A DNA stretch of 64,000 bases, taken from NCBI GenBank assembly GCA_044378015.1, contig JBILXZ010000015.1, forward strand, positions 3,013-67,012, written 5' to 3'. Position numbers and translations under genes: made by a program. A model generated the notes under the pieces. The model saw nothing but the letters and a program-made list of their open reading frames with translations, searched no databases and was not told the origin of the DNA. Shown piece by piece: positions 28,488-39,158 of the stretch. How positions within the stretch are numbered: position 1 is the stretch's first letter; each line of letters opens with the position of its first letter. Source of the DNA: Tagaea sp. Its GTDB lineage: Bacteria; Pseudomonadota; Alphaproteobacteria; CACIAM-22H2.

Positions 28488-29516
28488 TCACGTCGGCCGA
28501 ATGATAACCTTCGATGCCTCGCGGCGATGCCCCACATCGAAGCCAGCGAGCACATTCTCCAGCGAATAGCGATGGGTCACGAACTTTGCGTACATCGCAG
28601 GGTCCGCCGCCAGGCGCTTGACGACGTCCGGCCAGATCGAACCCGGCGAACTGAATGCTCCCACCACTTGAAGGCGTTTGCGCACAAGGCGGACGAGATC
28701 GATTTCGCCGGGTGCTGAATGGATGCCGACGACGACGAGCCGCCCCTTCGGGCGCAGCAAACCGAGCGCCGCCTTGAACGCCGATGCGGCACCCGACGCT
28801 TCGAAGACGCAATCCACCGAGTCTGCGAGTGCGGAAAGCGTCGAAGCCTGTGCCGGATCGCCGAGATCGAAGAGTTGCGTGAAACCGAGCGAACGCAGCA
28901 CGGCAATGCGGCTTGCGTCGCGGAAGCCGACGACCGTCACGTCCGCGCCGGCACGGCGGGCTTCGACGGCAATCGCCTGCCCGATCGTTCCAGGCCCGAA
29001 CACGACGACCTTCTCGCCTGCCTTCAGCGCTGTCGTCATGACGGCATTCACGCCGATCGCGACCGGCTCGGTGAGTGCCGCGACTTCGTCGGGCAACGCG
29101 TCCGGGATCGCGATGCAATTTCGTGCAGGTACGACGACGTAGCGCGCGAACCCGCCATTGCGCATCACGCCGATTCCACGCCGCTCGCGACACGCGTCAA
29201 AATCGGCCGCAAGGCAAGCGGCGCAACGGCCGCATGTCGTCGCAGGCACGACCGTTACGCGGCTGCCGACGGCCGGTCCTTGCCCAGAAGAACCCCGGCC
29301 GACGACGCGGCCGACGAACTCGTGCCCGAGCGTCAGCGGCAGCGACGGCCCGAGATGATGGTAGCCCGGCGACCAGTGGTCGATGTGCAGATCGGAGCCG
29401 CAGATGCCTGCGGCCGTCACTTCGATCTTCACGTCGTCCGGCCCCGAGATTTCAGGCTCGGCGACATCGACGAGTGCGACGCCCGGTGCGGCGCCGAGTT
29501 TGCGAAGCGCCAGCAT
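28488..29516 (-). CDS. Zinc-dependent alcohol dehydrogenase (MDR family; threonine/sorbitol dehydrogenase-like)
   Basis: GICGSDLH zinc motif, GHEFVG, and a GxGxxG NAD-binding region. Confidence 0.85.
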   Translation of the reverse strand: MLALRKLGAAPGVALVDVAEPEISGPDDVKIEVTAAGICGSDLHIDHWSPGYHHLGPSLPLTLGHEFVGRVVGRGSSGQGPAVGSRVTVVPATTCGRCAACLAADFDACRERRGIGVMRNGGFARYVVVPARNCIAIPDALPDEVAALTEPVAIGVNAVMTTALKAGEKVVVFGPGTIGQAIAVEARRAGADVTVVGFRDASRIAVLRSLGFTQLFDLGDPAQASTLSALADSVDCVFEASGAASAFKAALGLLRPKGRLVVVGIHSAPGEIDLVRLVRKRLQVVGAFSSPGSIWPDVVKRLAADPAMYAKFVTHRYSLENVLAGFDVGHRREASKVIIRPT

Positions 29517-29527
29517 GGCGAGCGGAC

Positions 29528-30487
29528 CTACTCGGCCGCGCGCGAATGCTGGAACTTGCGCCCTGCCGGCAGATAGGCCGGCGCGTCGAGGCCGAAACGG
29601 TCGAAACAGCGGTCGAGATCGGCCTTGTCCTGGTCCGTGATCGCGGGCTGCGGCAAACGCGCCGTCGCGTGCGGAATGACGCCCTGGCGGACCAGCGCGT
29701 ACTTCATGCGTACGCGATAGTCGCGCAGCGGCGCACGCCAGCAGATGCGCGCCAGCGGGCCAAGCGCGTTCCAGATTTGGTAAGCCTCGGTGATCTTGCC
29801 GGCCATGGCGAGTTTGTGCATCTCGACGATCTTGGCCGTTGCGGTTCCGGCAAAGCCGATGAGCGCGCCCGAGCAGCCCATCAACATCGCTTCGAGTATG
29901 AAGGTGTCGTTGCCGGTCAGGATCTTGATATGCGTATGTTCGGCTTCTTCGACGATTTCAACGGTGCGATCGACGTTGAAGGCGGCATCTTTCAGCGCCA
30001 CGACGGATTTAAGCTTGGCAAGACCCTTGATCGTGCCGGGCGGATAATCGACGAACGGCGTGTGGAAAGCGATGATCGGCACGCCCGAGGCGTCGGCGAT
30101 CGCCTTGTGGAAATCGACGACGACTTCGACCGGCAGCGGCTTGGAAATGAAAGTCGGCAGCGGCGGAAAGATGACCAGCGCATCGGCACCCGCATCGACC
30201 AGACGCTTGCCGAGTTCGGCCGCTTTCGTCGTACTCGCAGCAACGACGCCGGAAAGAACGGCGCATGCGCCGGCGGCAGCCTTCTTGGTGCGGCGGATGA
30301 CGTCGAGCTGCTCGTCGATCGTCAGCGAGCCGCCTTCGCTTGCCGCCATGTTCATGGCGATGCCCTGAGGACCGCCTGCGGCGATCTCGGCCATGTAGCG
30401 GTCGAGCGTGACCCAATCGACGGACTCGTCGGGGTTGAACGGGGTGACGGGGGCCGCGATTACGCCCTGCGTTAGGTCGAACGCCAT
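29528..30487 (-). CDS. Dihydrodipicolinate synthase family protein (DapA/KDG-aldolase-like class I aldolase)
   Basis: …GVIAAPVTPFNPDESVDW… N-terminus and the ~300-aa TIM-barrel family size. Confidence 0.85.
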   Translation of the reverse strand: MAFDLTQGVIAAPVTPFNPDESVDWVTLDRYMAEIAAGGPQGIAMNMAASEGGSLTIDEQLDVIRRTKKAAAGACAVLSGVVAASTTKAAELGKRLVDAGADALVIFPPLPTFISKPLPVEVVVDFHKAIADASGVPIIAFHTPFVDYPPGTIKGLAKLKSVVALKDAAFNVDRTVEIVEEAEHTHIKILTGNDTFILEAMLMGCSGALIGFAGTATAKIVEMHKLAMAGKITEAYQIWNALGPLARICWRAPLRDYRVRMKYALVRQGVIPHATARLPQPAITDQDKADLDRCFDRFGLDAPAYLPAGRKFQHSRAAE

Positions 30488-30515
30488 GGCACGTTTCCTT
30501 GTGTCGTTTGTTGTT

Positions 30516-30531
30516 AGTTAAGCGCTTACAT
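30516..30531. promoter_or_regulatory. LacI-type operator site B: AGTTAAGCGCTTACAT (near-palindrome), with a second TTACATG 10 nt downstream
   Basis: 29 nt upstream of the DapA-family start (minus strand) and 215 nt upstream of the GMC gene. Resembles the idealised cre-type TGTAAGCGCTTACA. Confidence 0.55.
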
Positions 30532-30745
30532 GAATCTCTTTTACATGTCAATGAAGGCCTCGCTCGGCGTTGCGTGGACCGTATTGCAGCCATGCATATT
30601 CTGTTTAAATTCAACGATATGTGAATCTATCTGATGCGCCTTCCCGATTGCGCAACTGGGATGAAAGCGTTTATAAATCTATCAAGCAACAAGTGCGGCG
30701 CTTCTGCGCCGCACATCCAAGGGATGGACACGCAAAAGCGCTCGG

Positions 30746-32452
30746 ATGTCACACGATTTCATCATCGTCGGCGGCGGATCCGCTGGTTCGGTTCTCGCGA
30801 CCCGGCTGACCGAGAGCAGTGCAAACTCGGTCCTCCTTTTCGAAGCGGGTCCCAATATCAAAGACGGCGCGACGCCGGAGCGCATTCTCGACAGCTTTGC
30901 CGCCTACGCGTTCCTCGATCGCCGGTTCCTCTGGAACGACCTGCGCGTGACGACGGAGACGATCCCCCACAACCAGCCGGACGCCCCGCGCCCGCCCCTG
31001 CGCAAGTACGAGCAAGCGCGCGTCCTGGGCGGCGGCTCGTCGATCAACGGCCAGCTCGCCAACCGCGGCGGCCCGGTCGATTACGACGAGTGGGAGACGC
31101 TCGGCGCCGACGGCTGGAACTGGAACTCGGTCCTGCCCTATTTCCGCAAACTCGAACGCGACAACGATTTCGACGGACCGCTGCACGGCAAGGACGGCCC
31201 GCTGCCGATCCGCCGCATCTTTCCCGACATGTGGGCGGGGCAAGCCAGGGCAGTCGCAGCCGGTTTCGAGCGGCTGGGCTTCAAATACCTCGCCGACCAG
31301 AACGGCGAATTCGTCGATGGATACCACCCCTTCACGATCTCGAACCTCTACGACCGACGCGTGCCGACGGCGATCGCCTATCTGACGAGCACGGTGCGCG
31401 CGCGGCCGAACCTGACGATCCGGACCGAGTGCCGGGTTCGCGATCTCATCTTCGAGGGACGTCACTGCGTTGGCGTTCGCGCCTTTGCCGACGGCGAACT
31501 GCGTGAATTCCGCGCGCGCGAAGTGATTCTTTCGTGCGGCGCCATCTACTCGCCGCCGATGCTGATGCGCGCTGGCATTGGGCCCGTCGGCGAGCTGCAC
31601 ACGCACGGAATCGAGCTGCGGCATGCGCTTTCGGGCGTCGGCCAGCGGCTGATGGATCATCCGTCCGTCGCACTTGCCGCCTTCATCCACCCGCATGCGC
31701 GCCTGCAGGAGAAAACGCGGCGCCATCTTCTCGTCGGTCTTCGCTTCACCTCCGACATTCCGGGCATGCCCGTGTCCGACATGGCCGTGTCGGTATCGAC
31801 GAAAGCCGCATGGCATCATGTCGGCGAGCAAATTTGCTCGGTGACGACGTGGGTCAACAAGACGTTCTCGGAAGCCGGCGAAGTCCGCCTCAATTCGGCC
31901 GATTGGCGCGACCAGCCAAAGGTCGATTTCAAACTGCTGCACGATCGCCGCGACCTTGTGCGCCTGATGGCGGCGATGCGACGACTGCGCGCCGTTTTCG
32001 ACGCACCCGAGATGCGCGCGGCCGTGACCGATCCGTTCGCAGCGAGCTTCAGCGAGAAAATCCGCCAGGTGAGCGAAGTCAATACCAAGAACCGTATTCT
32101 CACGCGCATCCTCGCCACGATCCTCGACGGCCCTGCCCCGCTGCGCCGATTCATGTTCAACAACTTCGTCGTCGAATCCGAACCGCTCGACGTGCTGCTT
32201 GCCGACGACGACAAACTCGAGGCATTCGTGCGCAAGGCCGCCGTCGGCGTGTGGCACGCGTCGTGTTCGTGCCGTATGGGACGCGCCGACGATCCCATGG
32301 CGGTCACGGACTCTGCCGGACGCGTTCACGGTATTGGCGGCCTGCGCGTCGTCGACGCATCGATCTTCCCCGCCATCCCGCGCGCCAACATCAACCTGCC
32401 GACGATCATGGTTGCCGAGCGCGTTGCAGATCTCATCCGTGCCGGCGGCTAG
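30746..32452 (+). CDS. GMC family oxidoreductase (second copy)
   Basis: HDFIIVGGGSAGSVLATRLTES N-terminal motif, conserved GMC internal and C-terminal blocks. Confidence 0.85.
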   Translation: MSHDFIIVGGGSAGSVLATRLTESSANSVLLFEAGPNIKDGATPERILDSFAAYAFLDRRFLWNDLRVTTETIPHNQPDAPRPPLRKYEQARVLGGGSSINGQLANRGGPVDYDEWETLGADGWNWNSVLPYFRKLERDNDFDGPLHGKDGPLPIRRIFPDMWAGQARAVAAGFERLGFKYLADQNGEFVDGYHPFTISNLYDRRVPTAIAYLTSTVRARPNLTIRTECRVRDLIFEGRHCVGVRAFADGELREFRAREVILSCGAIYSPPMLMRAGIGPVGELHTHGIELRHALSGVGQRLMDHPSVALAAFIHPHARLQEKTRRHLLVGLRFTSDIPGMPVSDMAVSVSTKAAWHHVGEQICSVTTWVNKTFSEAGEVRLNSADWRDQPKVDFKLLHDRRDLVRLMAAMRRLRAVFDAPEMRAAVTDPFAASFSEKIRQVSEVNTKNRILTRILATILDGPAPLRRFMFNNFVVESEPLDVLLADDDKLEAFVRKAAVGVWHASCSCRMGRADDPMAVTDSAGRVHGIGGLRVVDASIFPAIPRANINLPTIMVAERVADLIRAGG

Positions 32453-32490
32453 CCGTCGGCACGCGGGATATCCATTGCGATTGACATAAA

Positions 32491-32506
32491 AAGAAAGCGG
32501 TTACAT
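32491..32506. promoter_or_regulatory. LacI-type operator site C: AAGAAAGCGGTTACAT
   Basis: 27 nt upstream of the aldehyde dehydrogenase start. The right half-site matches GCTTACAT at 7 of 8 positions. Confidence 0.45.
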
Positions 32507-32532
32507 CATCGCTATCCAATTGGAGAAACATC

Positions 32533-34014
32533 ATGTCTACCGCATCAGCTGCCTGGCCGGTGAAACTGCCGGGAACACCGATCGAGCTTCCGGCGATCGT
32601 CGGCGACAAGCTCGTCGAGACTCGCGATCGGGAGGCCATCGAGCGTCGGCATCCGACACACGATATCGCCATCAGCCGATATCCAAGGGCAACGGTTGCC
32701 GACGCTGAAGCTGCCGTCGCGGCAGCCTCGGCCGCAGCCGACAAACGCGTCTGGAGCGGAATGTCCGGCGCACAGCGCGCCAAAATCCTGCTCGACGTAG
32801 CGCGCCGCATCGAAGAGAAACTCGACGAGTTCCGCCGCATCGAATGTCTCGAATGCGGCAAGCCCGTCACCAATGCGGAGCGCGAAGTTCGCGGCGCCAT
32901 CGCGCACTGGGAATACGCAGCCAGCCTCGCCCGCCATACCTACGGCGACACGTACGACAATCTCGGCGGCGGCCAGATGGGCCTCATCCTGCGCGAGCCC
33001 TACGGCGTCGTCGCCATGATCACGCCATGGAACTACCCGCTGCTCATCATCAGCCAGAAGCTGCCCTTCGCTTTGGCGGTCGGGTGCTGTGCGATCGTCA
33101 AACCAAGCGAACTCACCTCCGGCACGACACTCCTGCTCGGCCGCATCCTGCTTGAGGCGGGCGTGCCGCCCGGCGTCGTCAGTGTGCTCCCCGGCTTCGG
33201 CCACGATGTCGGGGCAGCTTTGTGCGCCGATCCCCGCGTCGACATGATCTCGTTCACCGGATCGACTCGCGTCGGCAAAGAAATCGCCGGCAAAGCGGGG
33301 GGTGCTCTCAAAAAGCTTTCGCTCGAGCTCGGCGGCAAATCGGCGCATATCGTATGCGCCGACGCCGATCTCGAGACCGCAGCGCAGAAAGTCGTAATCG
33401 GCGCCACGCGCAATGCCGGGCAGGCTTGCGTGAGCGGTTCGCGTCTTCTGGTCGAGCGCTCGATCGCGCGTGAATTTCTCGAGCGCGTCAGGGCCGGCAT
33501 GCTCGCCGTCCGCGTCGGCGATACGCTCGATCCTGCCACGGAGATGGGTCCGCTCATCAGTGCTGCACAGTTCGAACGCGTCAGCGGCTACATCGCAGCC
33601 GGCCAGCGTGACGGCGCCACCTACTGGAGCCGACCGTCGGACGGTCCCGCACGAAAGAACTACGTGCAGCCGGGGCTTTTCACAAAGGTCGATCCCAAGA
33701 TGTCGATCGCCCAAGAGGAAATCTTCGGGCCCGTCCTGTCCGCGATCGAGTTCAAAACGATCGATCAGGCGATCGCGATCGCAAACGGAACGCCCTATGG
33801 CTTGTCGGCCGGCGTGTGGACACGCGATCTCGACAAGGCCTTCCGCTTCGGGCGCGGGCTCAAGGCCGGCACGATCGAGGTCAACACCTATATGGCCGGC
33901 ACGCCGGAACTCCCGCTGACGGGCCACAAGGAGAGCGGCAGCGGCCACGAGCGCGGCAGGTTCGCGGTCGACGAATTCACCGAACTCAAGACGATCCATC
34001 TTCAGCTCAATTGA
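32533..34014 (+). CDS. NAD(P)-dependent aldehyde dehydrogenase
   Basis: ITPWNYPL…, catalytic ELGGKS(A), and a Cys region (GQACVSG). Confidence 0.9.
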   Translation: MSTASAAWPVKLPGTPIELPAIVGDKLVETRDREAIERRHPTHDIAISRYPRATVADAEAAVAAASAAADKRVWSGMSGAQRAKILLDVARRIEEKLDEFRRIECLECGKPVTNAEREVRGAIAHWEYAASLARHTYGDTYDNLGGGQMGLILREPYGVVAMITPWNYPLLIISQKLPFALAVGCCAIVKPSELTSGTTLLLGRILLEAGVPPGVVSVLPGFGHDVGAALCADPRVDMISFTGSTRVGKEIAGKAGGALKKLSLELGGKSAHIVCADADLETAAQKVVIGATRNAGQACVSGSRLLVERSIAREFLERVRAGMLAVRVGDTLDPATEMGPLISAAQFERVSGYIAAGQRDGATYWSRPSDGPARKNYVQPGLFTKVDPKMSIAQEEIFGPVLSAIEFKTIDQAIAIANGTPYGLSAGVWTRDLDKAFRFGRGLKAGTIEVNTYMAGTPELPLTGHKESGSGHERGRFAVDEFTELKTIHLQLN

Positions 34015-34051
34015 ACTCGTTCCGACGCGCGGCGCGACACCGGAGACCCAC

Positions 34052-35236
34052 ATGCTCGAGAAAATGAAAGTTCTAAGCTTCTGCCACGTGCTTCAGGGGC
34101 CCGCCTGCACGCAGTATCTGGGCGACCTCGGCGCAGACGTGACGAAGGTCGAACCGATCGAAGGCGAACGCGCGCGCCGGTGGGCGGGGCCCCATATCGG
34201 CGGCGTCGCGGGCCTGTATCTGTGCGCCTTCCGCAACAAAAAGACGTTCGCCGTGAATCTCAAAAGCCCTGAAGGGCTCGCCATCATCAAAGAGATGGTC
34301 GCGAAGTCGGACGTTGTGGTCGAAAACTACCGTGCGGGCGTAATGGACCGCCTTGGCCTCGGCTACGAGGAACTGAAAAAGGTAAAGCCCGACATCATAT
34401 ATGCGAGCGGTACCGGCTGGGGCAGCAAGGGTCCGATGATCTCGAAGGCGAGCCAAGACATCATCGTCCAGGCGCGCACCGGCCTCATGGCTGCGACCGG
34501 CAACGACGAACCGCGCGCGGTCGGCTCGGCTGTCATCGACCAACATGGCGGCGCCGTTCTGGCGATGGGTATCATCGCGGCCTTCGTGAAAAAGCTCACG
34601 ACCGGCAAAGGCACAAAGGTCGAAAGCTCGCTCTACACGGCCGGCCTCGACCTCCAGACCGAGCCGTTGACCGTCTATCTCTCCACCCGCCCCGACCGGA
34701 AGATCCTGAAGCGCGATCCGCATCTGGCGACCTGGTACCATCAGGCACCCTACGGCCAATTCAAACTCGCCGATGCCGCGATCGCGATGTCCGTCAACGA
34801 TCCGATGAAGGTCGCCGACGCGCTCGGCAGCGACGAGTTGCGCGCGATCGCGCATATCGACCGTTTCAAAGAGCGCGACCGCTACGCGCAGGTCTTTGCG
34901 AAGGTCGTTGCCACGAAGACATTTGCCGAGGTTTCGAAGGCGTTCGACGATGCGGGACTTTGGTACAGCAAGATCTACGATTTCGACGACGTCGCCGACG
35001 ACCCGCAGGCAAAGGCAGTCGATGCCTTCACCGAGATCGACATCCGCGGCGAAAAGGCGGTTCTGGTCAACCACCCCGTCAAGTACGACGACGCGACGCT
35101 GCCGCTGCGCATCCGCGCCTACGGCATCGGCGAGAATACGCGCGAGGCCTTGAGCGAACTTGGCTATTCGAAAGAAAAGATCGACGATCTCATCAAGCGC
35201 GGCGTCGTGGGCGACGGGACGAAACCCGCCGCCTGA
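34052..35236 (+). CDS. CoA-transferase family III (CaiB/BaiF) protein
   Basis: N-terminus MKVLSFCHVLQGPACTQYLGDLGADVTKVEP typical of the family. Confidence 0.85.
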   Translation: MLEKMKVLSFCHVLQGPACTQYLGDLGADVTKVEPIEGERARRWAGPHIGGVAGLYLCAFRNKKTFAVNLKSPEGLAIIKEMVAKSDVVVENYRAGVMDRLGLGYEELKKVKPDIIYASGTGWGSKGPMISKASQDIIVQARTGLMAATGNDEPRAVGSAVIDQHGGAVLAMGIIAAFVKKLTTGKGTKVESSLYTAGLDLQTEPLTVYLSTRPDRKILKRDPHLATWYHQAPYGQFKLADAAIAMSVNDPMKVADALGSDELRAIAHIDRFKERDRYAQVFAKVVATKTFAEVSKAFDDAGLWYSKIYDFDDVADDPQAKAVDAFTEIDIRGEKAVLVNHPVKYDDATLPLRIRAYGIGENTREALSELGYSKEKIDDLIKRGVVGDGTKPAA

Positions 35237-35246
35237 CGGACCCAGC

Positions 35247-36047
35247 CTATTTACCGGAGAATTTCGGCGCGCGCTTCTCGACGAACGCCGACATGCCTTC
35301 GCGGCGATCCTCCGCCATCGAGTTGCGCCAAAGCGAGTCGCGCTCGTAGGCGATGCCGTTTTCGTGCGTGGCACCGACAGCCACGCCGATGCACGCCTTC
35401 GTGAACTGCACGGCGACGGGAGCGCGCGAGGCGATCGTCGCGGCGATCTCGACGGCGCGTGCAACGGTCTTGGCGACTTCGCAGATCTCGATCACATAAC
35501 CTAGCCGCCAGGCCGTCTCGACATCGATCGGATCGCCCGTCATGAGCATGTAGGACGCCATGTTCGCGCCGATCTTGCGCGGCAGGCGCTGCGTGCCGCC
35601 GTCGCCGGCCATGCCGCCGATCTTCACTTCCGGCTGGCCGAATTTCGCGTTCTTGCCCGCAATGATAAAGTCGCAGGTCAATGCCAATTCGTTTCCTGCC
35701 CCGAACGCGATGCCGTTCACGGCGGCAATGATCGGCTTCGGGAACTTCTCAAGCCGGCGCCACGCCTTGACGCGGTCGGGATTGTTCGAAGTTCCGGCCG
35801 GGCCGCGCTCGAGCATCTCGGCAATATCGGCCCCAGCTGCGAAGGTTTCGTCCGTGCCCGTCAGCACGACCACTCGGACGTCGATGTCGGCGGCCGCCTC
35901 GTCGAGATGGCGCGCAAGCTCGATAACCATCGTGCTGTGGAGGGCGTTTTTCTTTTCAGGCCTGTTGATCCGCAACAGCGCGACATGCGCCACTGGCGTC
36001 TCTCGGGAGATCAGGTGGGACAGATCGGTCATGCTATCGGATTCCAA
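35247..36047 (-). CDS. Enoyl-CoA hydratase/isomerase (crotonase fold)
   Basis: …VAHVALLRINRPEKKNAL… with the oxyanion-hole region FAAGADI. Last gene of the TRAP operon. Confidence 0.85.
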   Translation of the reverse strand: MESDSMTDLSHLISRETPVAHVALLRINRPEKKNALHSTMVIELARHLDEAAADIDVRVVVLTGTDETFAAGADIAEMLERGPAGTSNNPDRVKAWRRLEKFPKPIIAAVNGIAFGAGNELALTCDFIIAGKNAKFGQPEVKIGGMAGDGGTQRLPRKIGANMASYMLMTGDPIDVETAWRLGYVIEICEVAKTVARAVEIAATIASRAPVAVQFTKACIGVAVGATHENGIAYERDSLWRNSMAEDRREGMSAFVEKRAPKFSGK

Positions 36048-36059
36048 AGCGGGGTGAGG

Positions 36060-37346
36060 TCAACCCAACAATAGGCGGGGCAAGAAGGTTGTCAGCGGCG
36101 GGATTGCCGCGACCAGAAAGAGCGCCACACAAAGCGCCAGGAAGAATGGGAAGATGCCTCTCGAGGCCTCGCCGAGCCCGATGCGAGCCACAGCGGCGCT
36201 GATGAACATCAATGTACCGACCGGGGGCGTCACGCCGCCGATCAGGCAGCACATGACGATGATCGTGCCGAACTGCAGCGGATCGTAGCCGAGCGCTTGT
36301 CCCACGCCGAAGAGCGGGGCGGCAAACATGATCAAGATCGCCGTACCGTCGATGAAGCAGCCCAGGATCAGCAGCATGATTACGACCAACAGCAGCTGGA
36401 TCTCGGCCACGCTCGTGATCGCGTTGAGCAGGACGATGGCTTCCGACTGGAACTGTGCCCGAGTCAGGAGATTTGCGAAGACGGTCGAAGCCGCCAAGAT
36501 CAGCATGACCATCGAGGTTGTGAGCGCAGCACCCATGACGGCCTCGCGCAGCTTCCGCCAAGTGAAGCCGCCATAGAAAAAATGACCAATGACGAGGACC
36601 GCGACCGCGGCAACAATGCCGGCTTCGGTCGGCGTGAATACGCCGCCGACGATACCGCCGATGATGATGAACGGGATCGTCATAGCTGGTCCCGACTCTT
36701 TCATCACATGGACGAACCCGATCATCGTCCGCGGCGGCGCGTCGTCGTTTCTACCAAAACCGCCCCTGACCGAGAGGAAATAGGCCGCGATCATCAGCAG
36801 GATACCAACGAGAACGCCGGGCAACGCACCGGCCAAGAACAGCTGCCCGGTCGATACGCCGGTGAGGAAGCCGTAGATGATCATCGGGATGCTCGGCGGG
36901 ATCAGAGCGCCGATCGTCGATGACGTCGCGCAGACGCCGACCGCATAGGATGCCGGATAGCCCTTGTTGGTCATGCTCGGAATGAGAATTCCGGCAGTGG
37001 CGGCGCAGTCGGCGACCGCGGATCCGGACACGCCGCCAAAGAGCATCGACGTCACAATATCGACCTGCGCAAGCCCGGCCCGCATGCGGCCGACCATGAA
37101 GCTCGCGAGTTGCATAATCCGATCGACTAGATTGCAAGCGCTCGCGAGCGTTCCCGTCAGGACGAAGAACGGAATCGCCATCAGCGGGAACGAATCCATG
37201 CCCCCGAAAAGGCGCGTGATCACCAGCGTGAAAGGCAAACGTCCGTCGAGCATGAGCGGAATGAAAGTCGCAGCACCGATCGAAAAAGCGATGGGAACGC
37301 CGAGTATCAGCAAGACGAAGAAAGTCGAGATGAGAGTGGGAAGCAA
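36060..37346 (-). CDS. dctM: TRAP transporter large permease (DctM)
   Basis: 428-aa, 12-TM DctM pattern. Confidence 0.9.
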   Translation of the reverse strand: MLPTLISTFFVLLILGVPIAFSIGAATFIPLMLDGRLPFTLVITRLFGGMDSFPLMAIPFFVLTGTLASACNLVDRIMQLASFMVGRMRAGLAQVDIVTSMLFGGVSGSAVADCAATAGILIPSMTNKGYPASYAVGVCATSSTIGALIPPSIPMIIYGFLTGVSTGQLFLAGALPGVLVGILLMIAAYFLSVRGGFGRNDDAPPRTMIGFVHVMKESGPAMTIPFIIIGGIVGGVFTPTEAGIVAAVAVLVIGHFFYGGFTWRKLREAVMGAALTTSMVMLILAASTVFANLLTRAQFQSEAIVLLNAITSVAEIQLLLVVIMLLILGCFIDGTAILIMFAAPLFGVGQALGYDPLQFGTIIVMCCLIGGVTPPVGTLMFISAAVARIGLGEASRGIFPFFLALCVALFLVAAIPPLTTFLPRLLLG

Positions 37347-37358
37347 AACAGAACTCCT

Positions 37359-37856
37359 TCAATCGACCAATGGCTGTTCGCTGACAGGAATCGGCTCGCC
37401 GCGATTCCAGATTGTCCAGCCGAGCCGCAAAGTCTCGAAGAGCATCAGTACGCCGCCTATGGGGATGGCCACATAAACATATCCCATCGGGAATTCGAGC
37501 GAGGTGGACTGCTGCTCCATGTTCATGATCGTCACCTTCGATCCGAACCAAATCAGAACGACCTCGAACCAGATCATCACGGCAACGGCAAAAAAAGCGA
37601 GGGCGATCCCGGCCCGCCGCGGCAATTTGGCAAGCACGAGATCGACCCGGAAGTGGATTCCATAGCGAATGGTGAGACCCGAGCAGAGAAAGACCATCCA
37701 GATGCAAGCATACCGGATGATCTCCTCGGCCCAGTAGAGTCCGCCCCAACCTGGGACGGATCGCAGCGCCGTCGAGAGAAAGCCGATCCCAACCATCGCC
37801 GCGAGCGCGGCGAAGACCAGGACTTCGATGACCCTAACGTAGAGACGATCAAGCAT
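37359..37856 (-). CDS. dctQ: TRAP transporter small permease (DctQ)
   Basis: 165-aa, 4-TM protein between dctP and dctM. Confidence 0.8.
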   Translation of the reverse strand: MLDRLYVRVIEVLVFAALAAMVGIGFLSTALRSVPGWGGLYWAEEIIRYACIWMVFLCSGLTIRYGIHFRVDLVLAKLPRRAGIALAFFAVAVMIWFEVVLIWFGSKVTIMNMEQQSTSLEFPMGYVYVAIPIGGVLMLFETLRLGWTIWNRGEPIPVSEQPLVD

Positions 37857-37883
37857 TGTTTCTCTCGAGGACGACCTGTTGGA

Positions 37884-38885
37884 TCAGTACTTGCTGAGCT
37901 TCAGCATCTTTTCGTACACCTCAACAACCTTCGGACCGCGGTTAGCGAAGTGCTGCCGGTTCATTTCGATGAGCGGCGCACGGAACGTCTGGATCTCGGC
38001 ATCCGTCAGTTCAGTAATCGTGACGCCCGCCGCTCGCATCGTCGCGAGCGCCTGATCGTCGGCAGCCTTATGCAGTGTCAGCTGGTAGGCACCGGCCTCC
38101 TGCGCCGAGGACGTGATGATATCCTGCATATCCTTGGGCAACCGGTCGAACCATGCTTTGTTGGCAACGATCGGCTGGGGATAGTGGTTGTGCCGCGTGG
38201 TGAGGAGGAATTTGGCCTTCTCGTGAAAATTGCTCGTCACCATAGTCTCATGGGTGGCTTCCATGGCATTGATGACGCCGGATTCGAACGACGTATAAAC
38301 CTCGGCGAGCGCAATCGCGGTGGGCACAGCACCCCAGCTGCGCGCGAGGCCGACGAAAAGCGGCGTATTGGGAATACGAAGCCGAAGGCCCCTGAAATCC
38401 GCCAGCGTCCGAAGCTGTCGGGTCGAGAGTACGTTGCGCGGCCCCTGATACATGAGGCCGACGAGTTGAAAGCCCTTGGGCTGAACGAAACCCTGAAGGT
38501 CGCCAAAGATAGCGTCGGTAATGAGCTTAAGGTCTTCGACATTACGATAGACGTAGAATGCCTCCATCACCTCAATCTCGGGCGCGTAGGCGCCTGTGCC
38601 CGGGAGACCACTCAGCACCATCTCGAGCGAGCCGCCGCGAACCATCTCGGCCATCTCGCGTTCCGAACCGAGCTCGCTGTTGTTGTGGATAGTAACCGAC
38701 AATCTGCCGCCCGACTTCTGCTCGGCGAGCTGCTTGAAGCGGCCTGTAGCTACCGGAATCGTGTGCGAAGCGGGATAGACGTTGCCGACCCGGATTCTCA
38801 CGGCCTGCGCCGATGCGCGGCCAATGATTGTCATCGAGCCGACGGCAGCAGCACTACCGGCAAGAAATTTGCGGCGAGAGTTCAT
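37884..38885 (-). CDS. dctP: TRAP transporter substrate-binding protein (DctP)
   Basis: Tat-like signal MNSRRKFLAGSAAAVGS… and DctP family size and motifs. Confidence 0.85.
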   Translation of the reverse strand: MNSRRKFLAGSAAAVGSMTIIGRASAQAVRIRVGNVYPASHTIPVATGRFKQLAEQKSGGRLSVTIHNNSELGSEREMAEMVRGGSLEMVLSGLPGTGAYAPEIEVMEAFYVYRNVEDLKLITDAIFGDLQGFVQPKGFQLVGLMYQGPRNVLSTRQLRTLADFRGLRLRIPNTPLFVGLARSWGAVPTAIALAEVYTSFESGVINAMEATHETMVTSNFHEKAKFLLTTRHNHYPQPIVANKAWFDRLPKDMQDIITSSAQEAGAYQLTLHKAADDQALATMRAAGVTITELTDAEIQTFRAPLIEMNRQHFANRGPKVVEVYEKMLKLSKY

Positions 38886-38999
38886 AGCGGTTCCCTTCCC
38901 TTTATGTTGGCCACGCAGCCCGGCTTCACCGATGCAGAAGCGTGGAATTTTTTGAGGTTGCCTGGCTCGGCGCCCAGAAATGCATCAAGGCATCGAATT

Positions 39000-39015
39000 A
39001 AGAAACCGCTTACAT
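39000..39015. promoter_or_regulatory. LacI-type operator site D: AAGAAACCGCTTACAT
   Basis: In the dctP promoter region, ~115 nt upstream of its start. Perfect GCTTACAT half-site. Confidence 0.45.
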
Positions 39016-39142
39016 CGTGCTTATCAAGCGACAAACTGTCAAGCGGAACGATGGCTTGGCATATCAAATCTTATAATTGCTGGTATTTGGGGAGTGACCA
39101 AATTCACCGTCTCCCGCATATCAAAATGCTGCTTCTGAAGAC

Positions 39143-39158
39143 TATGTAAGCGATTAAC
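39143..39158. promoter_or_regulatory. LacI-type operator site E: ATGTAAGCGATTAACT
   Basis: Perfect ATGTAAGC half-site, immediately 3' of the lacI-like gene and upstream of the TRAP operon promoter. Confidence 0.4.
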